DNA of 64,000 nucleotides from Azolla caroliniana (lineage: Eukaryota > Plantae > Polypodiophyta): assembly GCA_043228905.1 (NCBI GenBank), contig JBHGNT010000016.1, positions 7,874,001 through 7,938,000 on the forward strand, in the 5' to 3' direction. Below, piece after piece: positions 12,050-24,806 of this stretch. How positions within the stretch are numbered: position 1 is the first letter of the stretch; every line of letters starts with the position of its first letter. A program made the translations under genes and the position numbers. The notes under the pieces were generated by a model. The model was not told where the DNA came from. It did no database searches and was given only the letters and a program-made list of their open reading frames with translations.

Positions 12050-15000
12050 ATGGTGTTGGTGGTGGGAATAACCACCGAGGCGGTACATAGTTCCACTTGA
12101 CATCTGCGGCTTCATTCAACATAACGGTATGGACGACCAAACTTTACGAATTCTCATTCTTTTCTTATTAGCTGTGTGTCCAAAACCCTTATAACTATCA
12201 TATTCACCTTTAAATGTATGTACCAATAAGTTCCAAAAGGACTTAACCTAATCCACGATGTGAGTGTTTTCGTCATTGTATAACTTGGAGCACCTAACTT
12301 TCCAAAGAATCCATAAAGCCAAAGAGGAGACAATTTGCCAGACGTGACTCCGGGAGAAAAACTTGATTCCCTGCAATGAGGTTGAAGTATAGTCTACCTG
12401 CAAACTTGTGACACGTAATGACAAAGAAGAGTAATGCTGATGATAGAAAGTCATTTGTTGATCTAACCTTCCCCATAGACTGCACCCCACGTAAAAATCC
12501 CCGACCTATACTTACGACCTAGTAGCCTAAGAATTCTAAACCAAAACTTTTTTGAGACAACACATTCCCAAAATACATGATGCAATGACTCACTTGCATA
12601 ACCACACATAACACATGACCGATTAGTTATAGATACCCTCATCAAATCACCTACTGGCAACGCATAATGAATCATCAACCAACGAAAGTGTAATATCTTG
12701 TTCATACATTTAATTGACCAAAAGTGTTTCCAAAACATCATCATCTGAGAAGATGATACATTACCTTCGTCCCAATACTTTTTTCCCGCAGGTATTGAGT
12801 CAGTCTGACACAACATAAAGTTTCTCCCGAACGCCACCCAATATGTGAAGAATGGTAGGACCTTAGTGGAATTATTAGGCATGGACAATTTCCAACCATA
12901 ATCTGCAGGATCCCACTACAGATCCACAAGTGGTATAGCGTGTACAACCCAAATATGAGATGCATAGTTAGCAATTAAGGGACTAGGGTTAATAACCAAT
13001 TTTTTATCCAATCTAGCAATTACTCGCACTAGTAACTGCTTCGCAGCAGACATGATTGGAGACTCGATATCTACTAATACCAACCTACCATTATCCAACA
13101 CTTCATAGAAGTGAATACTGCCATTTTGATGATATAAACGAGCACCTATAAGTATATTAAGTGTCGAAAACATATTGTACCACCTTTGAAAATGATCGAG
13201 TTGCAAAGTTGGTACTGTGACTTGATACACCATGGACAATTGATCTACCATTATATTTGCCCCTCTTAACCTATACAACCTATTCTTTCGGTCTTGAGCC
13301 GATGTCTGCAAGAAGTTTATCCAATCCGCAACTGTACGGGCTGGACCATTATCCATTACAGCCCAAGATAACCTAGGCCTTAGACCCAACACACATGCAA
13401 CTTCATCCGTAAATAAAGGGTTCCATATCAAAGGTTGTCGCATGAATTGAGTATAAGTTTTCGGAGGCAAGAAAACGATTGCTTGGCGAATACTTTCCCA
13501 TGCTCGAAATATTCCATTAAAAAAACGTAAGGATCCAACATTAGACTTCGGCAATGGAAAATCTACATTAAAAAACCATCTAAGACTATCTTTCCATTGA
13601 CCACCTGTTGATGGCTTAACGTTATGTAGATGCCGAATCCATAGCTTTTTCCATAACTCCTCTCCTGGCAATAAACTCCTAACAACATGTTTAGAAAGTA
13701 AGGCTTTACTTTGCATAAAAGGATCAATCAAACCTAAACCTCCTTTCCGCTTAGGTTGTATAAGAATACCTTTGCTACCGAATTGTTAGACGCGTTGTTC
13801 CCCCAAATAAAATTCCGTATTAGGCATTGAACTTTAAGCATTATTGTCCTCGAAAATAGCCATGTAGATGCTATATACCAAATCGAGGACAAAAGGACCG
13901 AATTAGCTACAACTATCCGACTTGCTAAAGATAACTTTTCCTTATTCCAGTAAATCAACTTATTCCTTAATCTTAATAACAAGGGTGCAACCATATCCTC
14001 TGCCTTTAATTCCAAGCCCACTCTATAGCCTAAATACCTAATGGATTGACCTTTAGGTATCGATGTGAATCCTGAGGAAGGCACATTAACTGGCGGCTCT
14101 CCCGGAGCAACCCAAAAGCCTGATGACTTATTCCAATTTATCAATGCACCCGATGCATTTGAAAAATCATCCACAGCCTTTTGCACATGTGCTAAATTTA
14201 ATCGTGAAGCCTGAACATATAAAGTTGTGTCATCAGCAAACTCACTATCCATAGCAGCATACGACACTGGTAGTGCTAACCCTTTGATATTTACATCTTG
14301 AGAATTAAGATGTACAGAAAATGCTTCAGATACTAATAAAAACAGGAAAGGAGCAAGTGGACATCCTTGTCTTACTGATCTTGAGATCAGGAATCTCCTA
14401 CCAACATCCCCTGCAAATAAAAGAGAGTTATACGCATCACGATATAATGTTGATACTCCTCTTATCCATGTGTTTGGGAAACCCATCCTAACCAATGTTC
14501 CCTCCATAAAATCCCACTCCACTCTGTTATAAGCCTTTTCAAAATCCAGAAATAATACTACTAAGTCTTGCTTATGCAATTCCGCAAAGGCAACCATTTC
14601 CCAAAAGAGAATAATGTTATAAAAAATACTTCTCTCTTGTATGAAACCAGTCTGAGAATCATGGATCACTCCGACAGATAAGGTTGTAGCCTTCTAGCAA
14701 ATGTTTTTGCTAATATTTTATAAATAACATTCAACAAGGTAATTGGTCTCCAATGTTGAAGTTCTTCTAATTGTCCACTTGATTTAGGTATCATATAAAT
14801 TAAACCCTCCTTCCATTCTTGTGGCATATTTCCCGAATCTAATATCTTTTGGCAGGATTTGGTCAATCCATCACCTATCAAATCCCAATATTGGATATAC
14901 CATTGGACTCCCAACCCATCCAAGCCAGGACAAACATCTTTAGCAAGGGCTTTAGCAGCCTTAAAAACCTCTAGAGAATTTAACGGTTGTAAAAGACAAT

Positions 15001-16375
15001 TTATCAGTTTTATAGATACCCTATTCTGAATCTTTGACCATATGATGTCCCTTTTAATCAAATCATTCTCCGAAAATGACCTAGCTTTCAACAAGGTCTC
15101 ATAATAATCTGAGGCTATTTGCCTCATTTGACTAGAATTTGTGGTATAAGAGCCGTCCTGACATTTTAACCTCGAAATCCTAACAGATGTCTTATGATGA
15201 TTATGCACTGCAAAAAACAGTTTATTTACTTTATCTCTCGATTCAGCCCATGAAGACGATATATTATGATAATTAAAATCCGCTGAAATCTTTTGTAATT
15301 CCAATATCTGGTTCCCTACTTGTATCACACGAGAATTTATATACGTTGAATATGGTCTTCTCTCTTGTAGATGTTGCAAAGATTTCAACCCCCTACGAAG
15401 TCTTCCTATTTTAGTACAAGTGTCATAAAATACTTGTTTAGCTTTACAGTGGAAAAATTGTTGTGTTTTGCTAATAGCGTTTTGAACACTAGATAATGCA
15501 TAATCATATGAATAGTAGTATTTGTTCCAAATATTATGCACACTAGGAGCACAAGCTTGTCTAAGAAACACATGATTCGGAATTTTAAACTAGAATTTCT
15601 ATGTTGCTCCTGCAAGACTATAACTAACCAAAGTGGTGCATGATCAGAAAAGGAAAACGAAGGTAAAATTCCAATTGAGCCTCCTTTGTCCCACAAAAAT
15701 TTATCCGCATAAACTCTATCTAACCTAGACAAATTGGTATTTGATTGTTTTCTATCCGAACGTGAATAAGCTAAGGAATCTTGCATTCGTTCAAAGGAAG
15801 ACACATGCCACAAGTCCATTAAACCTAAAGAAAAGATCAACCATTCCCATTCATATAATTCTGAACCAAATAATGGTTGAAATGTGCCTCCTAACCTATC
15901 ACATGCATCCTCCAACATATTAAAGTCACCCGCAATTGCCCAATGTTCAACAACTGGTAATTGTGGCATTATGCTCTTCCATAATGCCGTTCTATCTCTT
16001 GCATGATTCATTGCATAAATATTCAACAAACCCCACTTCTTTGAACCGATTTGAAGAATTATATATTGTTCTCTACCACAATCCAAAACTCCATAATGCA
16101 TGAAAGCATACCACCAAATATCGCTTATTGCTATACAAAGACCTGCTTTCAAACTATTATCCCCAATCACAGGCACTCAGAATTGTTTCCATTGGCCTGA
16201 CAACAAATTTCCATAGTTTTGAATTCTTTGTTCATTTAAATGATGCTCTTGAATAAGCAAAACATCAATCCTACCGATCAAAGATTTTCTTAGCTGACGA
16301 TGGAAAACACTCCTTACCTTACAACAATGTCTACCTCCTAAGCCCCATACATTCCATGAAATAAGATTTAACCTA
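12050..16375 (-). pseudogene. LINE ORF2 (endonuclease-RT-zinc finger), split by several frameshifts and stops
   Basis: ORF pieces 15406-16176, 14666-15571, 13734-14669, 12916-13731, 12463-12888 and 12248-12490 are colinear domains. Confidence 0.88.
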
Positions 16376-17836
16376 TCAATTATTCATGTTTTGCCCTCCT
16401 ACTCTTTTTTCGGCTAGTGCACCTTCTCTACCTTTCCTTCCATCCTCCGTGGCCCTTAATTGTCTCCTATTTGACCACATGTCTTTTCCAGACAACTTAT
16501 GGGCACGCACTGGCAAATGTTTATCTGCTATAGAGACCCTATCGGAGAACTTAACAACCGTAAACGCCGCTATATTGCCACAATCCATATCCGTATGTGA
16601 TGTGTCTACCTTGACCACTTCCTTTGTTGTAATCTCATTCACTACTATGGACCTATTATCTTGTTGTACTTTATGTAAAACCAACTGCTTGTCCTTACTT
16701 GATTGATTATTAACCGTAGAAAAAGATTCTACCGTTTGCACCTTATTTGTATTATGATCCAACTGATGCTCCATTGTGCCAACTGGAATGGATAAACCAC
16801 CATCGACTTTACTACTCCCTGCTTCCTTTTCAAGTGTTTGTAAAGATTGATAAGGATTAGCCTCTAGTAGTAACAGTGGATTAATTATCTTACTAGTCGG
16901 TTTAAAAACATGTTTATTAGACACTGTAGACCAGCCATCTTTACTAACATGTTGTCGAGTAGTTGGATGAGCATCAATATTGACATTCGAGCGTCTCTTT
17001 TGACAATCTCGACCTAAACGCCCAAACTGTCAACACACAAAACATTGATCGGGCAAACCTTGATAATATACCTTTTGTATAATCGGTGGTTTATTTATAA
17101 GTAGATTAGGTAAAGAAATAGTTGTCGGAAAATGTCTAGATCTTGGTGTGCTTATCCTAACTGTAGGGGCCCCACCCGCTCTATCTATTGCATAATCCTG
17201 TCCGTAATATGTAGCAATCACCTTACCAAACAACGCCCCAATACTAGGCAGAACATTCCTCCATTCCTTTCTCAATCCAGGAAATATTGCCGTAAAAAGC
17301 ATAGTAGACTCTTGATCTTGCAATATGTCATCTACCTTAATATTATGCGACCATTTATAAAAAGACAACCACGCACCTTCCACTCCAGCCTCCTTAATTG
17401 CCAATAACTTTGTGATGGATTCCTCATCGGCAAACTCCACATGGTAGCATCCTCGAGACATGAATTGAATGTCGACAATGTTATCCGTTTCCTCCGAAAA
17501 GGCAGCGTACAAAGTATGCCGAAGCTCCGATCTATTCAATCTCGTACCCTGTACCTGCACAACCAAAGAAAACACCTCTAAACGTTGAACCTCTCCTTAG
17601 ACTGTAATTTTATCCTCCTCCGACAACATTAGGTCGACTTGCTCATCACAAAGATGAGGCGAAAGTTGGGGGGGTACACTGGACTCCCCTGTACGCATGT
17701 ACGGCCCAGCCACAGATGGAACCTGTGTTTGATCCGTCGTCGACCTCCTGCTCGTGGTGGAAACAGGTCGCACTGTGGCGGCACTGTTTGCGCCACACGT
17801 GACCTGCTCATTTTTTGCCTGCTGCGTCTGCTGCAT
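16376..17836 (-). pseudogene. LINE ORF1 (DUF4283-like plus CCHC knuckle), interrupted by stops
   Basis: ORF pieces 17597-17836, 17030-17575 and 16376-16924 lie in one frame; V.YQGLP..CFVC motif. Confidence 0.8.
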
Positions 17837-18429
17837 CGTTCCTCGCTCCTTACTCGTGACTTCGTTTTCAGCTTTTCATTTAATTTCCTCTGTTCAAGTA
17901 TTCATTGAAGCAACGGAATTTTTTTTCTTTATGTGAACAAATTCTCAATTCGGCAATCTTTGACTTGAGGATCAAGATAGAAGTGGTGTTTAACTCCTTC
18001 TATCGAGAAAGATACAAATGAATCTCGCTTTTGAGAAAGAGTTAGTGGGGTTATTGACGGTACATATTCAAAAGGTTCTCAAGAAGAGATGCAATAATTT
18101 GTAACTAAAAATGAAATGGAAGTTATTAATGTAAATATTTTTTATGTAAACAAGCTATTTGTTATCAACGATGATGACTTTTTGGGTTTTGGTCACTGAA
18201 TAAAATTAGGATCCTATTGAACAACCAGTGTAGAATTGCTCATGATAGTTTCTTCTCATATGGCTTTGCACATCCCAAGTGAGGGTCTGAAATAGAGCTC
18301 CCCTACCTCTTTTGATAGAGGCAATGCCCATGCAACAAACAATTGTTGCAATTTGTTCAAGTAATTCGCTTTTTTGTTGAGGGAGAAAAAACAAAACCTC
18401 ATGCACAATGATATGTTGAACCAATTCAA

Positions 18430-19772
18430 TGACCCTACATGTAAGATATCTATAACCTCATTAGAGACACCATTGGTGATGATGCTTTCACATCAAACTC
18501 CGAAGTAAATCGATAGTGCCACATGACATCATTAGAGTCGAGCTCACTTTACCCCCGATACTAGTAAAAACACTTTTCAACTTGTAGTTTTTATTAATAG
18601 GATAGATAACCAATCACAAAGATAGGATATATCGTCAAGCTTTCGAGATATCTCGATCACTCTATGAGTCCGGCGATAATAACTCTTGGTATATCACTAT
18701 GGTAAGTTTGCTTTTTGTAAACGGCCTAGACATTAATAACCTACCTCCTCTTAGGTACAACCATGAGACCAATACAACTTTAATCTCTCATGAGGACCGT
18801 AATAAAGTAATACGCCAAGGAATATGGCAAATTTACATTCCACATAAATGGATCAACCCACTAGAACCACTCCTATCTAAAATGTTGTACTATAAGGAAC
18901 ACTTCATGCACTTCTCTAAGTTAGGCTTTATTATACGACCAAAATATCTAGATACATTCGTACCAAATGCATTAAGGGTTGCCATTGGACAACTTGGTGT
19001 ATCATCTCATGAACTCGAGGTTGAAAATGGCCGTGCTAATGAAGTCCCCAGAGAAGAAAGGATATGTAGATTATGTCACATACAAATAGAGGATTAGTAT
19101 CACTTTACATGCAAGTGTCCAACTTACGTCGAGATAAGGGCAAAATACCGAGGCATACTAGGACCTTCTCCCCTCTCACCAAACTATTAGATACCCCAGA
19201 TATAAAGAAACTAGGTAGATATATCTTAAAGCTAAAACAACATAGAGAGAATATTAAGCTACAAAATGCTAACCATACCCTTTCTAATATTCACCAACAT
19301 GTAACCAATGAATTTTTTCAGGAACAAGAGGGGAAGATGAGTGTGGACACACTTGCACCACTCAGCCTCTCCCTCGCTGAAGCAGAAAACCAAAGAACAA
19401 CCAAACTCCCTTGGATGTTAGACCTCAAAGTTACTTGTTGTGTAGAAGCAATTAAAAAGATAAGGGAACATGAGTTACACCACCTAGAAGCTATGGTAGG
19501 GGTATCTTTTACATCGGCACCATAGGCCACACCCACATCGAAACCCTTTGACCTCCTGCTCATTTTCGAGAGATGTGGATGGAAATGAAATTGAGCCTAG
19601 CATGTAGCCATTTCCTTTATAGAATATGTTACACCATAATACCTTTTGTACAATACTAAAACTCTTTTATCTATGTTTTTATTATTTTTATTTTTAATGA
19701 TTGAGTACACATCCTATTTTGTTGTAACCAATTGTCTCATGGGCCAAATCGTTGGTCTAAGAAGACGTTAAT
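18430..19772 (+). mobile_element. RTE-type LINE, 5'-truncated copy
   Basis: SSHELEVENGR..PREERICRLC..IED*YHFTCKCP motif. The 3' end ...gtctcatgggccaaa...agaagacgttaat is shared with copies at 27752 and 35711. Confidence 0.85.
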
Positions 19773-20586
19773 ATATCTTCCTTTCTATATTCATAGCTAG
19801 TATCATGATATTCACAACTCCTTTGCAAGCACCATAACAAGAATTTAACGTATTTTATCAGAGATAAGCCTTCACATATATTCATTTGAATAGGCATCTC
19901 AATCATTTGACCTCTAGAGTAACCTAATGAACACTTGATTCACTATGTTATGAAAACCATACAACGGATGTAGGCCTCCAAAAAATAGACATACTAAATG
20001 AACTTCAAGCTCAAGCTTTTAATCAATGTGTTTTATGATATATTTGATGAATTGGATTACCTTGTTGGTTTTGATGATGCATTTGAGGGAATTCTTGGAT
20101 TTTGTGGCATTAATGAAATTGATTAGTATGTTTAGTACATATTCCTACAAGATTGTTTGTGAGGTGGATAAATTAATTCATATGGATATTTATTCTTTGG
20201 ATTGTATGTCTAGAATCAAAGCTATTATTGATGTTGTGACTAATCTTAGAAGTTCATTTACACAAAAAAACTTACTTCAAGACTAGATCAACAATAACAA
20301 CAAATTTTTGAATTTTGACTTATCTGTTAAATAGTTTTTACGAATTGTCTACGAGATGGGGATATGCGGCAATTTCACTACGAGATCCCTAAAAGAAACT
20401 TTTAAGCTCAAGCTTTTATTGAGGCCCATATGATATATTTGATCAATTGAATGAGCTTGCTAAGTTTGATGATATACTTAAGGGAATTAGAATTAGATGA
20501 AATTACTGAAATAAATCCTTTCGATGGATTGTTGGAATTCCAAAATTTTATGGAATTGATCATGTTCCTGATATTGAGGTTTGAAC

Positions 20587-20894
20587 CATAGTACGTAAAA
20601 TTCGTGTTCGTCTAGCATAACATTCGTTTTCCTACGTTGGAAAACGAATGTGAATGTTATTCGAACATTCTTGTGTTTTTTTTTTCCATTTTTTAGGCTT
20701 ATTTACCTCATAATAAATAGTTAACCCAAAAGTATGGTATTTATCATTCTTTGAGGGTGTTTTTCTTGCGCGAATGATTGAAACATTCTCGAATGCGAAT
20801 GCACGTATGGTTCATATCATGCTTTGAGGGTGTTTTTCTTGCGCGAATGATTGAAACATTCTCGAATGCGAATGCACGTATGGTTCATATTATG
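20587..20894. mobile_element. hAT-type non-autonomous element (MITE) with a 73-bp tandem duplication of its right end
   Basis: Ends catagtacg / catattatg (imperfect TIR), 8-bp TSD gtttgaac/ctttgaac, repeated cattcg/cgaatg subterminal motifs; 20749-20821 is repeated at 20822-20894. Confidence 0.65.
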
Positions 20895-21726
20895 CTTTGA
20901 ACATTCTAACTTCTTATGATAATATACTAAAAGTGGCTAGCAAGACAAGTGGGACTTTATATTCTTAGAGTCATTAGGCTTTCACTCTAATAATGTAAAA
21001 CAACACAAAAATACAATGTATATGCACACTAAGAGGGTGCATCTTTTGACTTCTTTGACATGTGCTAACCATGATCCTTTACTTTATAAAGCACCAAAAA
21101 AGTTTTGGAATGAATTTGTTTCAAAGGACAGTGAATGGTGACTTTAATGTTTGACTATTATCCTCTCATGTTGGACAATAAATTCACTCCACATGCAGTA
21201 GTAGCCTTTTGAGGTCATTTCTCCTCCTCCAACTTTGGATGGTCCATTAAAAGATCCAAGAACAATGACTACAACTTATAATATGTAGAATATTTTTTAG
21301 TGAGTATGAACAAGCACCAACCACCCCCACACAAATGAACAATAGCAAGATGCAATTTCACTATGGTTAGTGGGGTAAGCATCTTATAAACAAATGCCTA
21401 TTGTATAGGAGAGAACCTAAGAATGTATTCTAAGGCTATGCCATTAACTACATCGAGTGAGTTATATTTGGAATTGGAGCAAATGACATATAACTCTCTT
21501 TGAAACAAACTTTTATTGTAATCATGCTCAAGTGTTTTGCAAAACATATGCACTTTTTTTCTCTTTGCATCATTGTCTTCTTTTCAAGCATCCATGTGTC
21601 AAATCCTCTCATATTTATGAAAATATAGCACGATATTAAAGCATTAAGGTTCTATACTTTATCTTAACTAAGCCTAGGAGAGAATTTGTTGTTGATTCAT
21701 TGTTTTGTCAACTAGTAGTAGGATGA

Positions 21727-22060
21727 CACAACAGTATAGTAGATGCTCTGATGGATAAGTATCAAAATACGGCAGATGCATTGTCATTACAATATAGTGG
21801 ATCTGCTACTCATCATATTGTTTTTCTTGAGAAGTATGGAAGGGAAACCCTCTCTTTGGGAGCTGGATTCTGATTATTCCTTACACGTTGGGAGTAATGG
21901 TGATGATTCACATGCATCAGATGCTTGGTATAAGAAGTTGCTTTCAAGTGTGGACTTAACTAAGCACTTCTTTTTAGCTGCACATACCCAATTATGCAAA
22001 GCTTACAAAGGAATCTGCTTGTTGATGAGGCTGAGAGGGTGCCATATGAAAACATGTTTG
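21727..22060 (+). pseudogene. SAC/FIG4-like phosphoinositide phosphatase retrocopy, left part (non-colinear exon order)
   Basis: SIVDALMDKYQNTADALSLQYSGSATHHIVF, EGKPSLWELDSDYSLHV, then YKKLLSSVDLTKHFF-SCTYPIMQSLQRN..VPYENMF; preceded by TSD aactagtagtaggatga (21710-21726). Confidence 0.82.
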
Positions 22061-22640
22061 TCTTTGGATAATTGGTCCCTCTGGATGGGATGAGTTGGAG
22101 AGCCGAATCGGATGAAGGTCAGCTGAGAGCCGAAAGTTGAAAGTCGATTAGGCCATATCCGATTAGAGGCTACATTTGTAAATAGCCCATGCCGTGTATG
22201 AGTATAAATACAGCTACGACAATCATTATGTAATGTGATGTACAGAGTTGTTGTGATAGTGTATTGAGAGTGACCTCACAAAGAGAGTGTAGGTAACCGT
22301 CTGTAAGACGAATATGAGCTCAAGGTTGTTGCCTAGAGTCTCTTGTATACCTCTTTACATAGTTATTCTGTTTGGAGTCTATGGGCTCCCGTGGTTTTTC
22401 CCATTCAGGGTTTCCACGTTAATATCTCGTGTCTCTGTGTCTGTGCATTTTCTGTTTTTAGTTGTTTCGGTTATTGTCTTTTCATTGTCATCTAGAATCG
22501 GTTGTTGCCGGTCTCATATTCTCAACAAATTGGTATTAGAGCTGAGGTTCATAAACTTGAAGCTGTAGAAAATATGGACGAATTCTTCGAGGGGATGTTC
22601 AAGCTAACTAGTGTCGTGAATGTGTGTGTGTGTGTGTGTG

Positions 22641-22734
<94 letters not shown>

Positions 22735-23744
22735 CAGGAAATGGAAATGATATTATATTATGAGAAAACAAGGTTACAAAGAGTAGGCTAAGGGCTAAAG
22801 ACTGGTGTTGAACCGAATGAGTTGTGATAAATGTATAGACACCTATTTATAGATCCTTATGAAGTATTCTAGAATGTTCTAGAATATTTTAGATATCTAA
22901 GATAATAAATATAATCATGAAATATTCAAGAATGTTCTAGAATAATCTAGAATGTTCTAGAATAATCTAGAATGTTCTAGAATATTCCAAATATCTTGTA
23001 ATAAATAAAATTATAATTATTATAACTACACATCATATATGTTAATTTAATGGTTAAAGGTTCAACACACAGACCAAGAAGTTGTGGGTTCGACTCCTAA
23101 TAAGCCAAAATGTATGTCTTCATGATATTATCTCCCCTCTTCAACGACGACTTCCATGAGTCAGAATACAAGATTTTGGACTTGGATTATGGGGATATTT
23201 GTTGTGAAATGCAACAACCATGTCGGAAGCATTAGCAAGATGCTCGGCAAGCTCCCATGTTCGATCATTAGGTGTATAACCTAACCAATCAACCAAATAA
23301 TATAGTTTGTTGCGGATGATCTTGGAGTCGAGAATGGCAACAACCTCACATTCAGAGCCATCAGAAACTTTGATTGGAGGTGGGGGTGGTGTAAGACGAC
23401 CCGAAATAGAGCTTGGTGTGTAGGGCTCCAAAAGTGAGACATGGAAGACTGGGTGAAGATGCATATCAGGAGGAAGATCAAGGTGAAATGTCACATCATT
23501 GATCCTACTACAAATCACATATGGACTGAAACGTGGATAATCTAGTTTGTAGCAAGGTTGGGTGGTTTTAATGCTACCTTATAAGAACCATACTCGATCG
23601 CCTACTTGAAACGTAGTCGATGAATCACACCGATGACGGTCAACAACCTTCTTGTGAGTGGTTTGAGCATCACCTAAATGGTGCAAAAGTATATCCTGAA
23701 CTTCTTGGAGTTGGGTGAGCCAATCTTTAGCAGCCAGGTTTGTC

Positions 23745-24806
23745 GAGAAGGAGCATCGACTGTAAGTCGAAAAATGAGGGCGTATTCTCCCTTGTACAAA
23801 CCGCAATCCGGAAAGCTCCAAACTTGGACGCCAGGCCTCCAAGACAGACATGCACCATCCGTCTTCCTCTACGGTGACGTTAATAGAGGCAAGCGCGTCA
23901 CAGATCCCTTTGATCCGGGCTGTGTAATCTGCCACCGACATGTTCTTCTGTCGAACATTGCTCAACTCCTGTCTGAGTTGCAGCTTCCGGGCAGTGGTGC
24001 TTGCGACGAAGACCTTTTTCAAGTTTCCCCAAGCATCCTTCGGTGTCTTGGCGTCACGGATATGGCTGAGCAACTGGTCACCGACACTGGACGCGAAGCA
24101 GTACATCACCATGCTTGCCGCCTGTTCCCACACTAGGAAGTCCTTGTGTGTCGTCTCCGGTGCTGAATCGTTCACTCCGTCGACATAACTCCAGTAGCCA
24201 TGCCCAAGCAAGTACTGGTGCATCTTGTATGACCAAGATGCATAGTTGGTTTTGTCGAGCTTCTCCACCGGGAGCGACGTAGCCATACCTCTGTCCATTT
24301 CTCCTTTTGTGTCTGTTTTCCGATCTGTTAGGGTTTCCTTCACAAGCGTAGATGTCTGCAACAGAGGTTCTCAACCCACGCGCTCTAATACCATGTGAAA
24401 GATAGCTTGCGGAAGCGTTAGAAAGAACAATACACAAAGAGAGAGAGAGAGAGAGAGAGTAGGACACACTATTTTTCAAAATTATATGAATACTCTGTGT
24501 TCTCTCTCTTCTGTATCTATAACGCACTCATCAACGTTATTTATACAAGTCCACACGGGACTGTTAGAAGTACGGTGTACTTCAATGCTCACACGAGCGT
24601 CTAACACTAACTACGAGACTATAACTGCCTAGTAGTCTAACCTATACTAGGCTTCATGTTACGGATTGGATCCGTCATACCGGCTCCCCAGCTCACCGGT
24701 CCTTACTGCTTACCGGCTCGGTTGCTCACCGGCATACCGATTCATCTCACTTACCAGCTCAGGCTTATTCAGCTGATCCGGCTCCGGTTGAGCTTGCCGC
24801 TCAACA
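23745..24806 (-). mobile_element. Truncated Copia C: LTR (24394-24806), PBS and 5' gag, fused by deletion to the T1 integrase remnant
   Basis: LTR TGTTGA...TTTCACA, PBS tggtattagagcg (24381-24393), gag LPVEKLDKTNYASWSYKMHQYL...AWGNLKKVF. Confidence 0.85.

Larger units (their letters stand above)
12030..17940 (-). mobile_element. Near full-length decayed L1-clade LINE (ORF1 + ORF2)
   Basis: ORF1 with broken zinc knuckle CFVC*QFGRLGRDC. ORF2 has APE endonuclease (SWNVWGL, LLIQEHH, GDFN, RLDR, SDHAP), RT (WRPITLLN, LDFEKAYNRVEW, QGCPLAP, FADD) and zf-RVT (CVMC..ESLHHVFWEC). Ends are approximate. Confidence 0.92.

Noticed and set aside
19960-20560. Degenerate two-copy repeat and 86-aa ORF (20026-20286) as a gene
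   Set aside because: The repeat (aagctcaagcttt..atgatatatttgat..gatgat..agggaatt) is real but too decayed to assign; no supported product.
21711-21716. Helitron 3' end (CTAG) explaining the SAC fragments
   Set aside because: The CTAG is part of a 17-bp direct repeat paired with a poly(A) tail, which fits LINE-mediated retroposition; Helitrons make no TSD.
22118-22148. Hammerhead-like ctgagagccgaaagttgaaa in LTR D
   Set aside because: The core lacks the N of CUGANGA, stems do not form, and the motif is altered in the 3' LTR.
22868-22990. CRISPR-like or satellite array (tagaatgttc/tagaataatc 10-mers)
   Set aside because: No unique spacers; it is an internal repeat of the T1 LTR, also present at ~53128-53225.
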